64,000 nucleotides of DNA from Lama glama (lineage: Eukaryota): contig CM052841.1 of the NCBI GenBank assembly GCA_028534125.1, forward strand, positions 67,766,001-67,830,000. Direction: 5' to 3'. Below the pieces are notes generated by a model. That model was not told the DNA's origin and ran no database searches. It worked only from the letters and a program-made list of their open reading frames with translations. A program made the translations under genes and the position numbers. Each line of letters opens with the position of its first letter. Position 1 is the first letter of the stretch. Positions 11,831-27,129 of the stretch are shown here, piece by piece.

Positions 11831-12857
11831 CCCGGCTGGTCTTCGGTTTCATCCGCGTCTCACCTGGAAAACCCCACGTCTGGCCCGAGTTCCCCTACAG
11901 CGAGCTCTTGCCGCAGCTGTGGGTGGTAACGACAGCAATACAGGGGTGATGGCCAGACGATGTCAGCAGGCCCTGGGCGCAGTCCCGTGTGCCTGGTGGG
12001 GCACGTTCTGTGTTTATCCTGGAAGAAACACGTCGGTGCCCACGAGGCAGCTGCGCGTGCGCCCAGCCCTCAGTGGAGTGCCGCGTGCCTCTCCTGGTGT
12101 GGTCCCACAGCCACCCTCCATCCAGGGGGTCGGAGTGGGCTCTGCTGTGCTAACGAGAAAACCCAGGGCGAGCAGGGTCACGTGACTCGCCCGAGCTCTC
12201 CGGAAGGGCCGATCAATGGTCTTATTAACCATTCTGAGCTGAGTCTGCTGAGTCCGTCCCCTCCCACTGCCCTCTCCCCACCACACACATCCCCCAGAAA
12301 CACAGCAGGCCCATCGGGATTTGTGCCCTTGGTGCGTGCCGCCGAGGACGAACCCCGGTCTGGAGTGTTTCACCCCAGCCTCACGCCGCCCGTGCACCCT
12401 CGGTCCCCACTTCCGTGTCAGCCTCCTCTGCTGCGGTGAGCGTCCGTCCGACTGTGCTTTCTCAGACACCGAGCAGCAGGGCTCCTGGGCAGTGAGGATG
12501 CAGGCGGGCGAGGCCTTCGAGGCGGTGATGGATGCCTTAGGAAAGCACCTGTCCCTCTTCTGCCCGATGACTTGATCCCCCTCCAGGAAAGGGGGCCCTG
12601 GTGGTGGGAGGCGGGAGGGGGAGGCCTCCCTGGTGGGAGCCAACTGCATGGGGAGAGGGAGGGACCCAGCTCGCTGGCCGGGGACCTGGGGGCCGGCTCC
12701 GAGCCTTTGGGCAGTTGGCAGCCCTGTCCCAGGCTGTGAGCGCAGCACCACGGCCTCCACCTCACAGCTGCTAAGGGGCCTGTCCCCAGGCCCCGCCATC
12801 GATCTGGAAGAGCGCTGTTTTGTTTTGATCTTTTCCATGCTTCCATCCAATTTTGAT

Positions 12858-12869
12858 CACACGCGCACA

Positions 12870-12913
<44 letters not shown>
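12858..12913. repeat. (CA)n microsatellite with a (CG)-interrupted 5' part
   Basis: cacacgcgcacacgcgcacacaca...; about 20 uninterrupted CA units. Confidence 0.97.
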
Positions 12914-12915
<2 letters not shown>

Positions 12916-13107
12916 AGACCAATAATTGGCTTCAGAAAAGAAAGAATCGATATTGGCTTCCGTGAAGGCGGCCACGGGGCGGGAGGCGAGGTAACGGGGG
13001 TGTGGCCAAACGGGGGCGGGGGGAGTTGCTGTGGGACCCCAGTGGGGGAGTCCTCGAAGGGGCTTTTCGGTCCCCTGCCTCTGTGCTGAACTGTTAGAAC
13101 CAGGTTA

Positions 13108-13160
13108 GCTCATTTATTGAGCACCAGCTGTGTGCTGGGCAGTGTGCGGGGCTCCTGGGT
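13108..13160 (-). mobile_element. L2 LINE 3'-end fragment
   Basis: catttattgagcaccagctgtgtgctgggcagtgtg resembles the recalled antisense L2 3' terminus. Confidence 0.55.
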
Positions 13161-14623
13161 CCTCCACCCTGCCCAGAAGTGGCCATCCCTCAGCGGTGGC
13201 AGGCCCACGTGGTCCCGATGGCACCCAGACGCCAGAAGCCAGGCTCTCGTGCCCCCAGGCTGTGCCGCTCCCCCGGGGGGATCCCCGATCTGACTACGGA
13301 CCCTTCCAGGGTCCGGCGTCCGCCGTCCGCCGGGCCTCCCACTGGCCTGCTTCCACCGCGGAAGTCCCAGGCCCACTCACGTCACACGTCCGGCGTCAGA
13401 AAGGGAGCCTCTGGCCCCCAGGAAGCCGTGCTTCGGAGGAAGCGCTCTCGTCGCTGAAACACAACCATTTCACAGACAACAGTGAGCTTAGCTGAGTGTT
13501 TAAAAGTCCTTCCCGATCATTTACACAGTGTCAGAGTCACCCAGGTATTTTATACATTTCCTACGGAATCCCCGCTCCGGAAGGTTAAATTACCGAAATC
13601 CGCAGGCACGCCGTGCGGTGTGGCCGGAGGGCAGCCCAGAGTCCGCACCGCTCGGTGCACACGAGTGCCCCTTCGGTCTTTTCTCTGTGCGAGCAGGGAC
13701 AGTGTTGGGGCCCCCTTTTCAACCCTCACTCCCCGGTGAAGTCTCTGGCGAGGACTGCCCCCCGCCTCCCCTCTCGCCCGGTCGGTCGGCTGAGGGCTCC
13801 CTTTAAGCAGCTTCCCAGCAGCCCCAGCAGGGTCTGCACCATCGAAGGCCCACTGGTGGGGAGCCAGACGTGGGAACACATTCCTCCCGCTGCGGGCGAG
13901 ACCGTTCCTTCCCGACAGGATGCAGAGGGGGTGCCACGCGAGCTGGGTCTTGAAAGAAGCAGTGAGCCCCCGTCCAGGAGGCGACCAAGTGGAGCATGTC
14001 GGGGAGGCCCGCACAGCACCGCGCACCCCCGACACCCCCAGCACCGCACCTGCCCCGTTCTGCCCCGTGACCCCCATCGCTGGGGCTGGTCTGAGGGAGG
14101 CTAAAGACAGTAAAAGCCTCACGAGACGGTTTTTTTACAAATCGCGTTAAAACACAAAAAGCACATCTGTCTCTGAGCGTCTGAACGGCGTCTCGGGAAC
14201 AAGGTTACAGGAGTTTTTTCCGTTTTACCGCACATGTACCTCGGCGTGTGGAAGCCCCCACGCCCCAACCTCTGCTGCAGCCAGAGCCCCCGGCGGAGGA
14301 GGCGGCCGTCTCACTGCCCGGCAGACGCGCCGGGGCGGCTTCAGCCCAGGCTTCCCTCTGACTGGCTGCACTGCCTTCTAATTTGCTCCCACATTGGTTG
14401 AAAGTGTCTAAAGCGTTTTGTACAAGGTCTAGACAGCTTTCGAGTCAGCCGGCACCTAAGCGATTGTCGGAGCCCCTTTCTCTGTGGCCCCAGACGTGGG
14501 CCTCATGGTTGGTTTGGATGATCAGAGCCTCTGGAACCCACGCTCCTTGGGGAGAGGCACCCCCAGACTGGGCGTGACAAGGAGGGGTTACCCTCGAAGG
14601 TTCCTCAAATGCCAAGTTAATGA

Positions 14624-15880
<1,257 letters not shown>

Positions 15881-16875
15881 TCCCACGGGGCCGCGTCCTC
15901 GCCCACGTGGAAACGCCTGCGACGCAGCTGCCGGAGCAGTCCGAGCCAGACGAACAGTGCTAACTTTGAGACATCATCAGCGACGTGGACTCCGGCGTCG
16001 CGGGGTGGCGTTGCCGCCGTGTGTCTCCAGCCCCAGCCGGAGGGCAGCCGGCGTGGGAGGAAGTCCCCGTATTTGCAGCTGGAACTGCAGTCCAGGGCTC
16101 CCTGGTCCCCCGCCCTGGTCAATGAACGTCCTAAAGAAGCAAGGCGATGACTGTTGGCCAATCCTCGCCGAGAACAACCCACTGTTAGGCTCGCATGGAC
16201 TTGTCCGTAGATCGTGGTCAGCTCGATGGACATAGTGTCGTGTCTCCCTGAGACCCCCCGCCCGGCCCCGCTCGGCCTCGGAGGGGCGCCCTAGGCTAGT
16301 GTCACCCGCATCCCACCACCACTGCTGTCCCTCGACCGTGTGTTGTGTCTTAGATTAACTGTGCCGAGACTCCAAGTAGCCGTGGCCCCGAGTCTCGTCC
16401 CGCCGAGCGGTGGCCGGCGTGTGCAGGGCGGACAGGTGTGCGCCCCGCCGTGTGACTCCGAGTGCCCCGTAGGCCCATCGCACCACGTCCGTCTGTCGTT
16501 TCCTCCAGGTGGTGACTTGTACGATTAGTTCATGCCGTGAATGTTGTAGATGCAATGCCGTAGTTTGGATTGATAAGTGAATGGTTTTTGTTTCTAAGAA
16601 GAAAAAAAAAACACACGTCAGTGTTCACCCTCCTAGCGGGGCGACCACGTTCGTGTGGATGACAGCTAAAGGCGGTATCCTCTTCCTGTTAAATTACCTG
16701 AATGATGTAACCTCGGATGAGAAGGGCCCATCGACGGGGCTTCGTTTCCAGCGGGAAGGAAGTGCTCCTGAGGGCAACCATAGGCGGAGAGGACGTTTTT
16801 TAAGTAAAACGGAGGGAAGCTTTGTCCTATCTGGTTATCTGAGGAACAATAAAAATACTAGGAGATGCGTTGGCC
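15881..16875 (+). other. OLFM1: 3'UTR of the OLFM1 Z-type (long) isoforms
   Basis: Runs from the stop codon to the first AATAAA I found (16848-16853). The end is approximate. Confidence 0.75.
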
Positions 16876-16892
16876 TCATTTGTCGTTTCTGA
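16848..16892 (+). terminator. Polyadenylation signal AATAAA plus downstream U/GU-rich element
   Basis: AATAAA at 16848-16853, with tttgtcgtttct about 30 nt downstream. Confidence 0.8.
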
Positions 16893-19645
16893 AGCTTTTA
16901 AAAGGAGCGAGACTTCAGATCCCTGCAGACGTAGTCCAGCGCGCACGTGCCGCCCTCAGACGGGGACGAAGGGGCACAGTCTGGACTCAAGCCGCACGGG
17001 GTCTCTAAGGCCCATCCCCTGAAAGTCGGAGACGGAGAAGCGGCTTGGAGGTCCCCTCCCCGCTGGGTGGGTCTGAATCCAGGACTACGCCACTGGGAAC
17101 CCCCCCCCGGCTCCTCCAGGTCACAGCTGGAGGGCATCTGGGACGGGCGGGCTGGGCGGACCCAGAGCCCCTCTGGCCACTTCACCCTCTAGGGGCCCTG
17201 GGGTGAGGGAGTGAGCGGCCAGCCCCGGCTAGGGTCTGGGCCCCTGGGCCTTGGACGTGGAGAACCTCACAGGCCAGAGGAGCTCAGGCGAGCACACCGG
17301 GCCTGCCGCTGCTGTTGGCCCCGCCTCTGAGAAGACCGGTGGAGAGGTCTCTGCAGGACGGAGCCTTTTGAGGCCTGGGAGTCTGTGTGGCAAGAGAAGG
17401 AACGGGTCAAAGTAACTCTTCATGAGAAGGAGTCAGGACTGGCCTTAGCACTGGAGGCCGAGGCCGGGCCTGGCATGTGGGGGCCGCCCACCGCCCTCCC
17501 ACCCTCCCCTCTGCTCGGGGCCGCGGGCCTCCTTGGCAGGTGGGCAGCAGGGCAAGAGCCAGCTGCCCCCGAGAGGTTGGCCCAGCAGGCACCTCACACA
17601 CGCCAGCAAGCAAAGGCGCTGACGTGCTCCCAGGGGGCCTCCCCGAGTCCCGTGCCCTGTCCCGGACAGAGGCTGGGCAGGTACCAGGCGGGACTCAGGT
17701 GGGGCACAGCTGTGGTCACAATGCTGGGTTGCGCAGTGTCCACCTGAGATCATCTGAGAACGTCCGACTCTGGTCCCCGGGGCCCCTCGGAGGCTGGAGC
17801 CGCTGAGATGTGGAGCCGGCGGGGCAGCAGGCAGCTGGGGGCGTGGGGACCATGCCGGCTTACTACAGTGGCCCTTGTGATCCGGCCCCGGCCAATCTTT
17901 GGGGAAATGTGGGATGAAGAAGAGGGCAGAGGCTCCCCGGCCCCCCCGGAGTACCACCCTGAAGCAGCAGATGTCCACTGGCCAGGTTTCACCCATGGCC
18001 GGGCTCACCTGGGTAGTTCCCAGGATGGCGGCCAGCTTCCCCCGTGAGAGCCGAGAAATCGGGTGGGCCCTGAACCGCTGGGTGGGGAGGGAGGGAGACA
18101 CAGGAGGATGCTGGGAAGGCGCTGGGGGTGTCGGTCGGCGGCCCCCCACTTGTCGCGGGGGAGGGGTGGCTGCCTGGCCACTCCTGGGACCCCCTCCCCA
18201 CCTATCTCGGGGGCCACGTCTCTCCCCTCTACTGCACACCAGGCCCTCGACCCCCCATCACTGGCCACGCAGACTGCGCTGTACTGCGGGGGCGGGGGGG
18301 CGGGGGGGCGGGGAGGGCCACCTTGTGCCTGGCACCCGCCATCTCTGACCCCATCGCACCTTAAACCTTCCCCTCTGCCTGCTCCCCTGCGCTCACCCGC
18401 ACTCCGCAAGCGGGTCTCCACCTCCAAGCACACGGCACTCTGAGCCCCTCAGTGTCCTCACCTGCGCCCCCCACCAGCCTTCCTGCCCCCCCAGCTCAGA
18501 GCTCCCCGCCTTCTGGACGCTTCCCATCCCCCATCTCCAGGGAGGAATCGGTGCCGCCTCCTGCCTTCCCCGCATCCTGGGCCGCCCATCTTCCCAGCAG
18601 CTGATTCTCCTGCCCCCGGGAGGGCTGGATGTGCCAAGCCCTGAGCCCTGAGGAGGAGAGGAGGGGGCAGCACAGGAGACACCCAATCCCTCATTAGATC
18701 CTCATTAGCTGGGAGCCCTCCCCAGGCAAGAGGGCGCGCGGGGGACGCGGGCGCAACTGAAACTTTCCCAAGTGGGAGGCCTTTTCATGCTTTCACGTCC
18801 GCAAGTCCCCTTGGACTGAGCCGCACACAAAGCCCTCGCCAGGCCGACGGGAGACTGACCTCAGTAAGACACTCCAGGAAGCCACGGACTTCCCCTCGCC
18901 CAGCCACCCCGCCTGCAGCGCGGTAGAAGCCGGTCCAAGCACCACAGGCCGGGGTTGTTTCGCAGCTGCAGCTGCAGTTGTGGGCCGGCTGCTTCCTAAT
19001 TTCCCCTCATGACCCAGGAAACAGCAAATACACAAACGCCTGCTCCCAGTCACCAGAAGACGAAACAGTGGCCTGACAGGTTCAGAACGGATTTGCACCC
19101 TCAGACTGCGGATTCGCTGCGGGACGTACTCCTCCAGGATATTAAATACGCAAGAAAAATGGTTCCAACCAGAGAGCAAATAAAACCACCACCCTGCCAC
19201 TAAATCTCCCGGAATTCCAGGAGCTGGATGTATCGGCTGATGGCGAGCACCTGTACATGAATTATCTTTATTAAAAGTTTGGTTTGGAAGCAAAACCCAG
19301 CAGTTCTCTGGGGGGCCCGGAGGCCAGAGCACCAGACTCCCAGCCCCGCGTGCCTAGTTTCCGCGGGGGTCTTCTTGAGGGAGGCGGGGGCGGGTGACCT
19401 GCCGCCCCCACTGCCCACGGAGGTCTCCTCTGGTGCCTGGAGTCCCGACGCCCGTGCAGAGTTCATGGAAGCCGTGCGCTGAGGGCGACCAAGCTCTCAC
19501 AGGCCACCGGGAAGGAGAAACAGCCCGGGTTCTTGGGAATCGCAGGGCCTCCGGGCAGGCGCCAGGCTCCAGGCTCCGTCTGCGAGAAGGGAGGGGACAG
19601 CAGCCCCGTGGGGGGTCGGTCATTGCCCTTTATTTGCCGGGATGC

Positions 19646-19754
19646 GGGAGGTGATTAGACTTTGTTAGTCAGTCATAAATGGAGGTGCTGGGGATTGACC
19701 CCAGGACCTCGTGTGTGCTAGGCACGCGCTCTCCCCCTGAGCTCCACCCTCCCC
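19646..19754 (-). mobile_element. tRNA-derived SINE (camelid Vic-1-like)
   Basis: Reverse complement reads GGGGAGGGTGGAGCTCAG...GAGGTCCTGGGGTCAATCCCCAGCACCTCCATT...TAATCACCTCCC, with Pol III A/B-box-like motifs. Homologous to the copies at 39413 and 61611. Confidence 0.85.
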
Positions 19755-20559
19755 GCCACCAGGATGTCGTCTTTATCGCACCATTTCACGGAACTCCGTT
19801 TGAAGACTGCAAGTGGTAAAGACGGGCACGGGCTCCACTGAGAGGCCGATGTTACCACCCGCCCGCCGTGACCTCGCACCGCTCTGTGCAGGAGGCACCG
19901 GGCTCCCCGTCCTCAGCTGGGACGGCCCCCCCCGGGGGTTTGTCGGGGGGCTGGGGCGAGGGTTTGGGAGGGCGGGGGCTGGGGTCGGACCCTTGCCCAG
20001 ACGTCTGTGTAGGTGTGGCCCAGGAAGACGTGCCACCTGTCACTGAAAGAGGCAAGATCTGGAGAAGTGGCCACGTGGGTGCTGGCCCGTGAAGAGTGAG
20101 GCTGAATCCTCGGACGCGCTGGACGGGGCTGCCCCCCGGCCCCAGGCGCGCACAGCCGGACGGTGCATCTGATGCGTCACCAGACTCAGGCAACTCTTGC
20201 TGGTGGCCAAGGGGCCTGTCTGCTCACCAGCTGATAGGACATCCCCTCCTTGGTGGCCCAACCTGTGGCGCCGAGGGGAAGCCCCGTGAGAACCACCTCC
20301 ATGTGGTGTCCTGTGGGTGAACTGTTTCTCAAAGGGTCTCCTGCGGCAAGATTTTATTTTAATAAATCCACTGTTGGAGATGATTTTCACAGGCTACAAG
20401 AATAAACCAGCAACGAGAGGTGGCAAGTAGCGCCCTCGCCCCGCTCGTGTGTCACTCTGCGTCTTGCCGTTTTCACATAACTCTCCCTGAAGGTGACATT
20501 AGGGACACGGAGCCCTTCCTTTTCGTCGCTTTGTGCTCGTCCCCTGTGCAGAGTGGCGT

Positions 20560-21300
20560 GGTGCGTGTAACCGGCACCCCACGGCGTGTATTCGGGTCGT
20601 TTCTAACGGTCTGCTCTTGACAGCCGCGCCGCGTGAACAGCCTGCGTAAAATCACCCCGAGGCTGCACATGGCGCGTGTCTTTGGAGTAAAGGTCTAAGG
20701 GCCAGCGCTCCGTCCTTCTGCCCGGCGGGGCTTGAGTTTGCCTCCTTCCAGCAGCCGGCCGGAGCGCCGGCTTCCCGGAGTGCCCGGGGCGTCCTTGGGG
20801 GGTTCCCAGCCTGGGAGGTAAGACGCGGTGTCCCCGAGCTCCTTGGGCCTTCCCGTCTCCGATGAAGAGCCAGGACGGCGTCTCTCGCGTGCCTCTGGGC
20901 CGCTGGCGGGGCCTCTCCGGGCCTCTCAGCTCGGAGCTCTGGCCTGTTTTCTCCCTGCTCAGCTGTTGAGATTTTTCTCCCATATCAATGTTCGGAGCTC
21001 CCTCACCCGTGGGAAGTCAACCCTCGTCTGTGATTCTGCGAGCGGCAAACATCATGCGGTTTGTTGAGATTTTCTGGATTGTGGTGACGGGGGGGTTTTC
21101 AGACGTGTTCAGAATTGCGTCCGTGCCAGCGCTTCTGGCCGGGGAGTCGCAGCCGGGGCAGTCACGGCTGCGTTCCTCTGGCGTCTCCCTCAGCGCCTCC
21201 GGGGTTTGTGCCGTGTGAGGCGCGGGTCCGGCTTTACCTTCTTCCAGAAGGCTGCCGCGCTGTCCCAACACGGCCGGCCGCCCCACTGCCGAGCGTCCCG
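20560..21300 (-). mobile_element. Highly decayed old L1 fragment (GC-shifted)
   Basis: Patchy resemblance to antisense L1 3' ORF2 sequence; boundaries are rough. Confidence 0.3.
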
Positions 21301-24300
21301 CGCCCTCGGGGCCCCACCTCGGGCTCTTCTCTTGCTGAGTCTGTGTTTGATGCTGTTGCTGGAAATCCTTCCATTTGCATAAATTCCCATCAGTTTGCCG
21401 GTAGGTGGACATTCACGGCCTCTGTGAGGCGGGCACTCAGGCCGCTGCCTCTTAAAGTGCTCTTGAAAGGCTGTGTCCCGTGCTCCCGCGTCCCTGCGCC
21501 CGCGAGGCCTCACCCCGGGTAGTTAGTCCATCTGAGTGGGACTTCTGCCTTCCCCAACTCCGTCAGGTCAGCAGAGATGTAAGTGGCCTCGGGACCCTGT
21601 GTCTCCCCGAGGCCATTCTTTGTTGTTCTGGACAAAAGGCCGAATCCAGGACTCTAAAGCCAGGAGGGGCCCGCTTGGGGCAGACCCTTGGCCCCACATG
21701 GCACCTCACCTCCTCCGAGCAGAGGCCCACCAGGGAGCCAGCGCAGGCCCGCTGACCGGAGCCCCGCACCCCTCTCCCTGCCCTGGGCTGACAGTCGTCC
21801 GCGCGCAGTGCCCGTCCTCCAGCCGATGAGTCACCAGACGCTTATTCATCACCACGCAGCAGGCAGCGGAAGGTGCCAGAACGGTGGGCAAGGATCTGGG
21901 CCCACCCTGTGGCCCTAGCCGGGCGCGGGTGAGTCACTGCTGCTGCCCGAGCAGCACGGCGGCGGGAGGCGAGGCCCCGGCCAAGGAAGGCGGAGGGCTG
22001 GCTTCCGTCTCCGCTCCACGCTCGCCGGGGGAGGTGGGGGAGAGGGACCTTTCCTCCGTATGCCTCCATCCCGCTGCCCGCTGCCCGCTGCACACGCACA
22101 CCTGCACACACGCACGCGCGCGGACGGGCACACACTGGCTAACTCCAAGCGCTCACGCAAGCTTAGACACGGGGCAGCGAGCCGGCCCGGATGCGCCCTT
22201 GGCTTCAAGATTTGGTCTCTGCTTTGGTGAAATGACAGGGGCTGCTGTCTGCTTCCGAGGGGAACTTCTGCGTTAAAGACCTCACCCCCCCCCGCCCTGG
22301 CCACCCCGGCCTCCCAGCCGGGTCTGAGCCCTGTGCTGGCGCAGGGGGGAGGGCACGGCTCAGGCATGAAGTCACAGGGCTCGGGCTGCAGGCCGGCACC
22401 CGCCCCTAACCCCCGCCGCGCACACAGGCCGGGCCGCAGGGGAGGGCTGCCGAGGGGGCATCCTCTGCCCCCCGGGAGACGGCCGCTCCTCTGTGCCCCT
22501 GTGCAGGGCTGGCGGGAGCAGCAGGTGCCAACACAGATGACGTCAGGGAGCCCATCCTCCAGGCGAAGCACCCTGTGGCCCCTCAGACCCCTCCCTCCCG
22601 CCTGGCGAAACTGTCTTCCTCGAGCACTCCCGTCGTCCTTGGCTGCCCTGCAAGGCACCAGCAGGCGAAGGCAGTGGGGCCACAGAGACTAGTTAACACC
22701 CAAGAAGGCTGGTGCAGCTCGCTAGCCGCAGACCCGGGATGGGACCACGTCCCGGCCACCCAGCCTTGGGCTCCCACTGAAGGAAGAGCTGCGTTTGGGG
22801 AACGCAGGGCAAGGTCACACTGTCTGCTAACTGGCCAGGGTCCCCAGGATTGCCAGGAAGAGCACAGGCACCCTACTCGGGCGTTTGTCCTTCCCCGAGT
22901 CAGGCCCGAGAGCGAGGACTGCGGCCTCCCGGGCCGCGCCCGCAGCGGACTCTGGAAAGAGACGGTCACCTCCTTAGTGATCGTTCTCTGCCAGCCGCGG
23001 GCTTGGAAGCAAGGTCGCCAAGAATGCTGCGGTGGGGGGCCTTCCTGCTTTTCGCCTTTGCTTATTGAGGTCTCGGCCATTCCTGGGGGACTGCCCCACC
23101 CACTGCGGCAGCTTCTCCCACCCAGGGCTCTCGGGTCTGCTGAGCAGCGTGTTCCGTGCCACCGGCTCCAGCCCAGACCCCTGGGCCGCCCCCGAGGCCA
23201 GAGACCCAGAGATGCTCGGCCCCTCCATCCAGGCTCCCGACTCCCACCGCCGCCCCCTTCAGTCAGCGGGACAGGCTCTCCCGTCCACTGCACGTCTCCC
23301 TTACGCGGGCGCCAGTGCCCGTTAAATTGGCTGCAGCAGGCCGCAAGGAAGAACAAACCAGCGGCTGCGTCCGGCCACTCAGAGGGGCGGGCGTTACGGC
23401 GGGAGGGGCCGGGAGGGGAGACGCTCGGGGAAAGTTCTCCCACGGCCTGGCCTGCGAACCTGGGGCTGCAGACGTGGTGTCCGGAAGAGCTTTCCCATGT
23501 CCTTCCTCCCGGGAGGCCGTCCGCCCGCACTCATCGGGGGAAGGCGGGCGGGAACGTGGTCCGGGGCGGGGAGACCCAGGGTGGTGAGCTCCAGGCCAGA
23601 CATGACAGCCAGTCCCCAAGGTCCTGCGCAGGAGCCAGAGACAGACAATCCCAGACGGTGTCACGAGTCTCTGTTTCTCGGATGCAAAACTGACAGCTAG
23701 TTTCACCCACAATGAAATAAAATAGCAGGGAAATTCTGGCAGCCTCTTCCAGCCCTTAGTGGGTCTAGGAGCACAGTCCTAGAGTAATCCAAACATCCCG
23801 TTCTTAGACCCGCACCTCCTCTTGCCCTCCTCCCAAACACAGGCTTCCGAGACGAGCCATCTTCCCAAAAGAAGTCAAAAGGGACATAGAAAGTTAACAC
23901 CCAGGGCCTTTCTGTGCACGGTGGAAAAGGTGATAAATGCTGGAGGTCAAGCTGACACAGTCAAATCCCTGCCCCAGCGCTGGACACCGTGTGATGGCGG
24001 CCGCACCACTGCCCGTGGAGGGAAGGAGGTCCAACAGGACCCACTCGGATCACTGCCAGTGACCCCTGAGCCGTGAGCTTCCGGGAAGCACCCAGGCCGG
24101 GGCCGGACGTGGGCGCAGGGGCTGCAGCTGGGGCCGAGCAGTGAGAACACAGGGACCAGGAGATGCGGGCCCCCGGGCTGGCTGGCCTGGCTGGCTGCTC
24201 CCCGGGGCCCCTGTCCACTGAGCGCAGCGTGCTGGACTCCGGGCTGGGCCCTCAAGTTCATGACCGTATTTCGTCATCACAGCCGTCCCCGAACTGGGGA

Positions 24301-27129
24301 GGCTCAGGTGGGAGCATTCAGCTGACTTCAGCAGACCTCAGGGCAGGCTGGGGGCCGACCACCTCGCCGTGCTGCCAGGCCAGCCCCACGGACCAGAGTG
24401 GGTGACGGCCGGAGCATGCCCGTCTCAGAGCCACAAGGCCACGCGTTCAAGGGACCACTGCCCGTGTTGGCGCAGGTGCCCACTTCCAGGTCACGTGGCT
24501 GAAGCCTCACGCCCTTGCACTGGCTGTCCCTGTGCCTGGCGCCGGCGGCAGGTGTGCCAGCGGAGCGGGGTGTCAGGGAGCCGGGCGGCTGTCTGCCCGA
24601 GGGAGGATGACCTCCATTCCCGCCCAGCCCACGGGGTGTGCACATCTGAGTGTCCCAGCAGCCTGGCCCCCCGGGGCTTTATTAAGGGGCAGCTCACCCG
24701 GAGGGCCCGGCCCCACCCTGGGGCCCCGTCTGTGTTCGGTGGCGGGTTGTTTTCTGATGCGTCACAGAGACACCTCTGGGCTCCAGGCGGCGGAGCCAGC
24801 CCTGCACCCGCGTCTCCGCCTGTCTGGGGTCAGCAGAGCCGCCTGTGCTGCGAGGGGCTGGCGCGCCCGTTTCCTGCGCGAGGAGGGGCACCGCGCTCCC
24901 CTGTCGCCTCCCTCAGCCGTAGGACGGAGTGCGCGTGTGAAAGGGCCGCGTGAAACTCAGGCCGCCGTGAGCTCCACGGAACCGCTGGCTTTATAAACCA
25001 GGGAAGTGAGCCTGCGTCTGCCTTTCTGGATGTAAGGTGTCTGACTGCCAAACTTGGAGAGAAGTCGGCATGAAGGAGCCAGGGGTGAGGAGACGGGTTT
25101 CCTAAAAGGCACCTGCCACCAGGGAGGACTTTTAAAGGCAGAGGACGCCAGCCCGAGCCTCGGGGTGCAGGAAGGGGGAGGCAGCGTGGCCTGGCGGGCG
25201 CTGGCCTTGCAGACTCAGCCGCAGCCACCCGGAGGATTAGCGTTTCCAGGGACCGCCTGCACTGCCAGTCACAGAAAGAGACCCCTCGTGTGAAGCGACC
25301 ACAGGTCTGACCCACAGCCCAATGGCGGGCTGCGTTAGTTTTCCTGATACTTCAGGATGAAGGGCAGTGGACAGACGGCCCACGTCTCCTCCCTCCTCTC
25401 TCGTCCACGCGGCGCCGCAGGGATCCAGGCATGTCCATCCGTGGGCCACCAGGGGCTTCTCGGAGCAGAAGGAGGGAGGCACCATGAGGTCGTCACTGGT
25501 CAGAGTCAGTCCGCGGCCTCACCCCGAGGGCAAGGGGGGCTGGGAGCTTCCCGGACCCTGGGCAAGCAGGAGATGGGGGATGACGGGGACCAGTCCTTGC
25601 CATGGTTATTGACATAAAATCACACCTGGGGCCACACCTGGGAGATGCTGCACTACCATCAGAGAGGCCAGGTTGCAGGGCTGGGTGAACTCGGGGAGGT
25701 GACTCAGCCTCTGAGTGCATGTCTGCACGACCCCAGTGGGGAGTCTGCCTGGGATGGCAGGGGCGTCAGGATCAGACACCAGCCCCAGCCCAGCGCCAGG
25801 CTCAGCCACTGCACGTGTGTGCGTGGGGGCGTGTGTGTGTGTGGCCGGCGCGCTTCATCCTCACGTGCTGCACGAACCCCCACAGGTGGCCTTAGCAGAT
25901 CACCCTCCCTTCATCCTTCAACCTCAAAAGTGAGGATGGGGTGACTGGCCCCAACCAAGCTCCCACCCTATAGGTAAATGGGCAAAGATGGCCAGCCCCT
26001 CACCGACCCCAGAGAGAAAGGGGGTTTTTAAGGTCACAGGCAGCTTGTGTGGGGCCAGCCCTGCGCCGGGCACTGCTGCTGTCGGCAGGCAGGGAGCGAC
26101 GTTCCTGAAGGCTGGCTGTGGGCCTCCCGGCCGTCCAGCCGGCAGTCTTCTCCCCCAGGGACCCGGGCGCTTCTGCCCCCACCGACCCCGTCTGCAGGTG
26201 AGCACGCTGACGTGCACACCCCAGGCCCGCCCCTGCGGGTCCCGGCTGCGAGGAGGCTGGACCGCTCCGTGGGCAGTAGGCAGTGGGCAGTGGGCAGCCT
26301 CGGGCGCGGAGCAGGAGCAGGAGCAGGCCGCGCTGGCCTTCTTGCGGAGACAGTCCCGGGCGGATGAGGCGAGGCTGGGAGGCAGGCCGCCTGCCGTCAC
26401 CACTCCAATTTCCACCACAGAAAACGGAAATTCAGTGGTTCCTGAAATTCCAACAAGAGGAGGTCAAGCCAGACCCAGGACTGGGGGCTTCCTTGCTGGC
26501 CCAGAGGGACCAAGAAGTGGGGGTGTGGGGCTCCAGCGGGGGCCTCTGTCGCAGCCGCACGGGAGTGGGCTTCTACTCCGTTTCTCCAGGAGCCAGACCA
26601 GGGCGAAGAGGAACCAGGCGGGGAGGGGGCCCGGGCTCAGACCCGGGCAGCGACAAGTGTGGGAAGCTGTCACTCCTGCCGGCGCACGTGGGCAGCACCG
26701 GACTGTCGGACAGGAGAGGCCTAGCGGGCGAGGGGCCCCGGGACCCGATGGAGGGCAGCAACGAGCCGTCTGGCCCCTGGGCCATCTGCTCGGCGCTACA
26801 GCTCAACTTCGGCGGCGCCGACAGCGACGTTGGCAGCCTGTCCGGGGCGTCTGGCCGTGTCATTCAGCTGCCTGATGACGGCAGGAGAAGCAGGGAGTAT
26901 CACCCACATGAATGCGTAAGGTATTCTGCGTCCATGATTATGTTTTGCGGCCTGTAGTGGGAGGGCGCGGTGCCTCCGGCTTTCCTGATGGCGGTGGCCA
27001 GCCTTGTGCCTCGGGTCTCAGTGAGGATCAAGCCCCTCAGAGCCTCGGCCAGGTGGGCTGTTCTCAGGCTGAGCGGAGGCCGGGGGGCACAGGGATCAGG
27101 GGTTCACACGCAGGCCACTGTGACTGTGT

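Noticed and set aside
22575-23693. 372-aa ORF and the overlapping 315-aa antisense ORF (also other 200-300-aa ORFs between 7 and 64 kb)
   Set aside because: Pro/Gly/Arg/Ala-rich with no recognisable domain, often non-ATG starts, and open on both strands; typical of 65-70% GC non-coding DNA.
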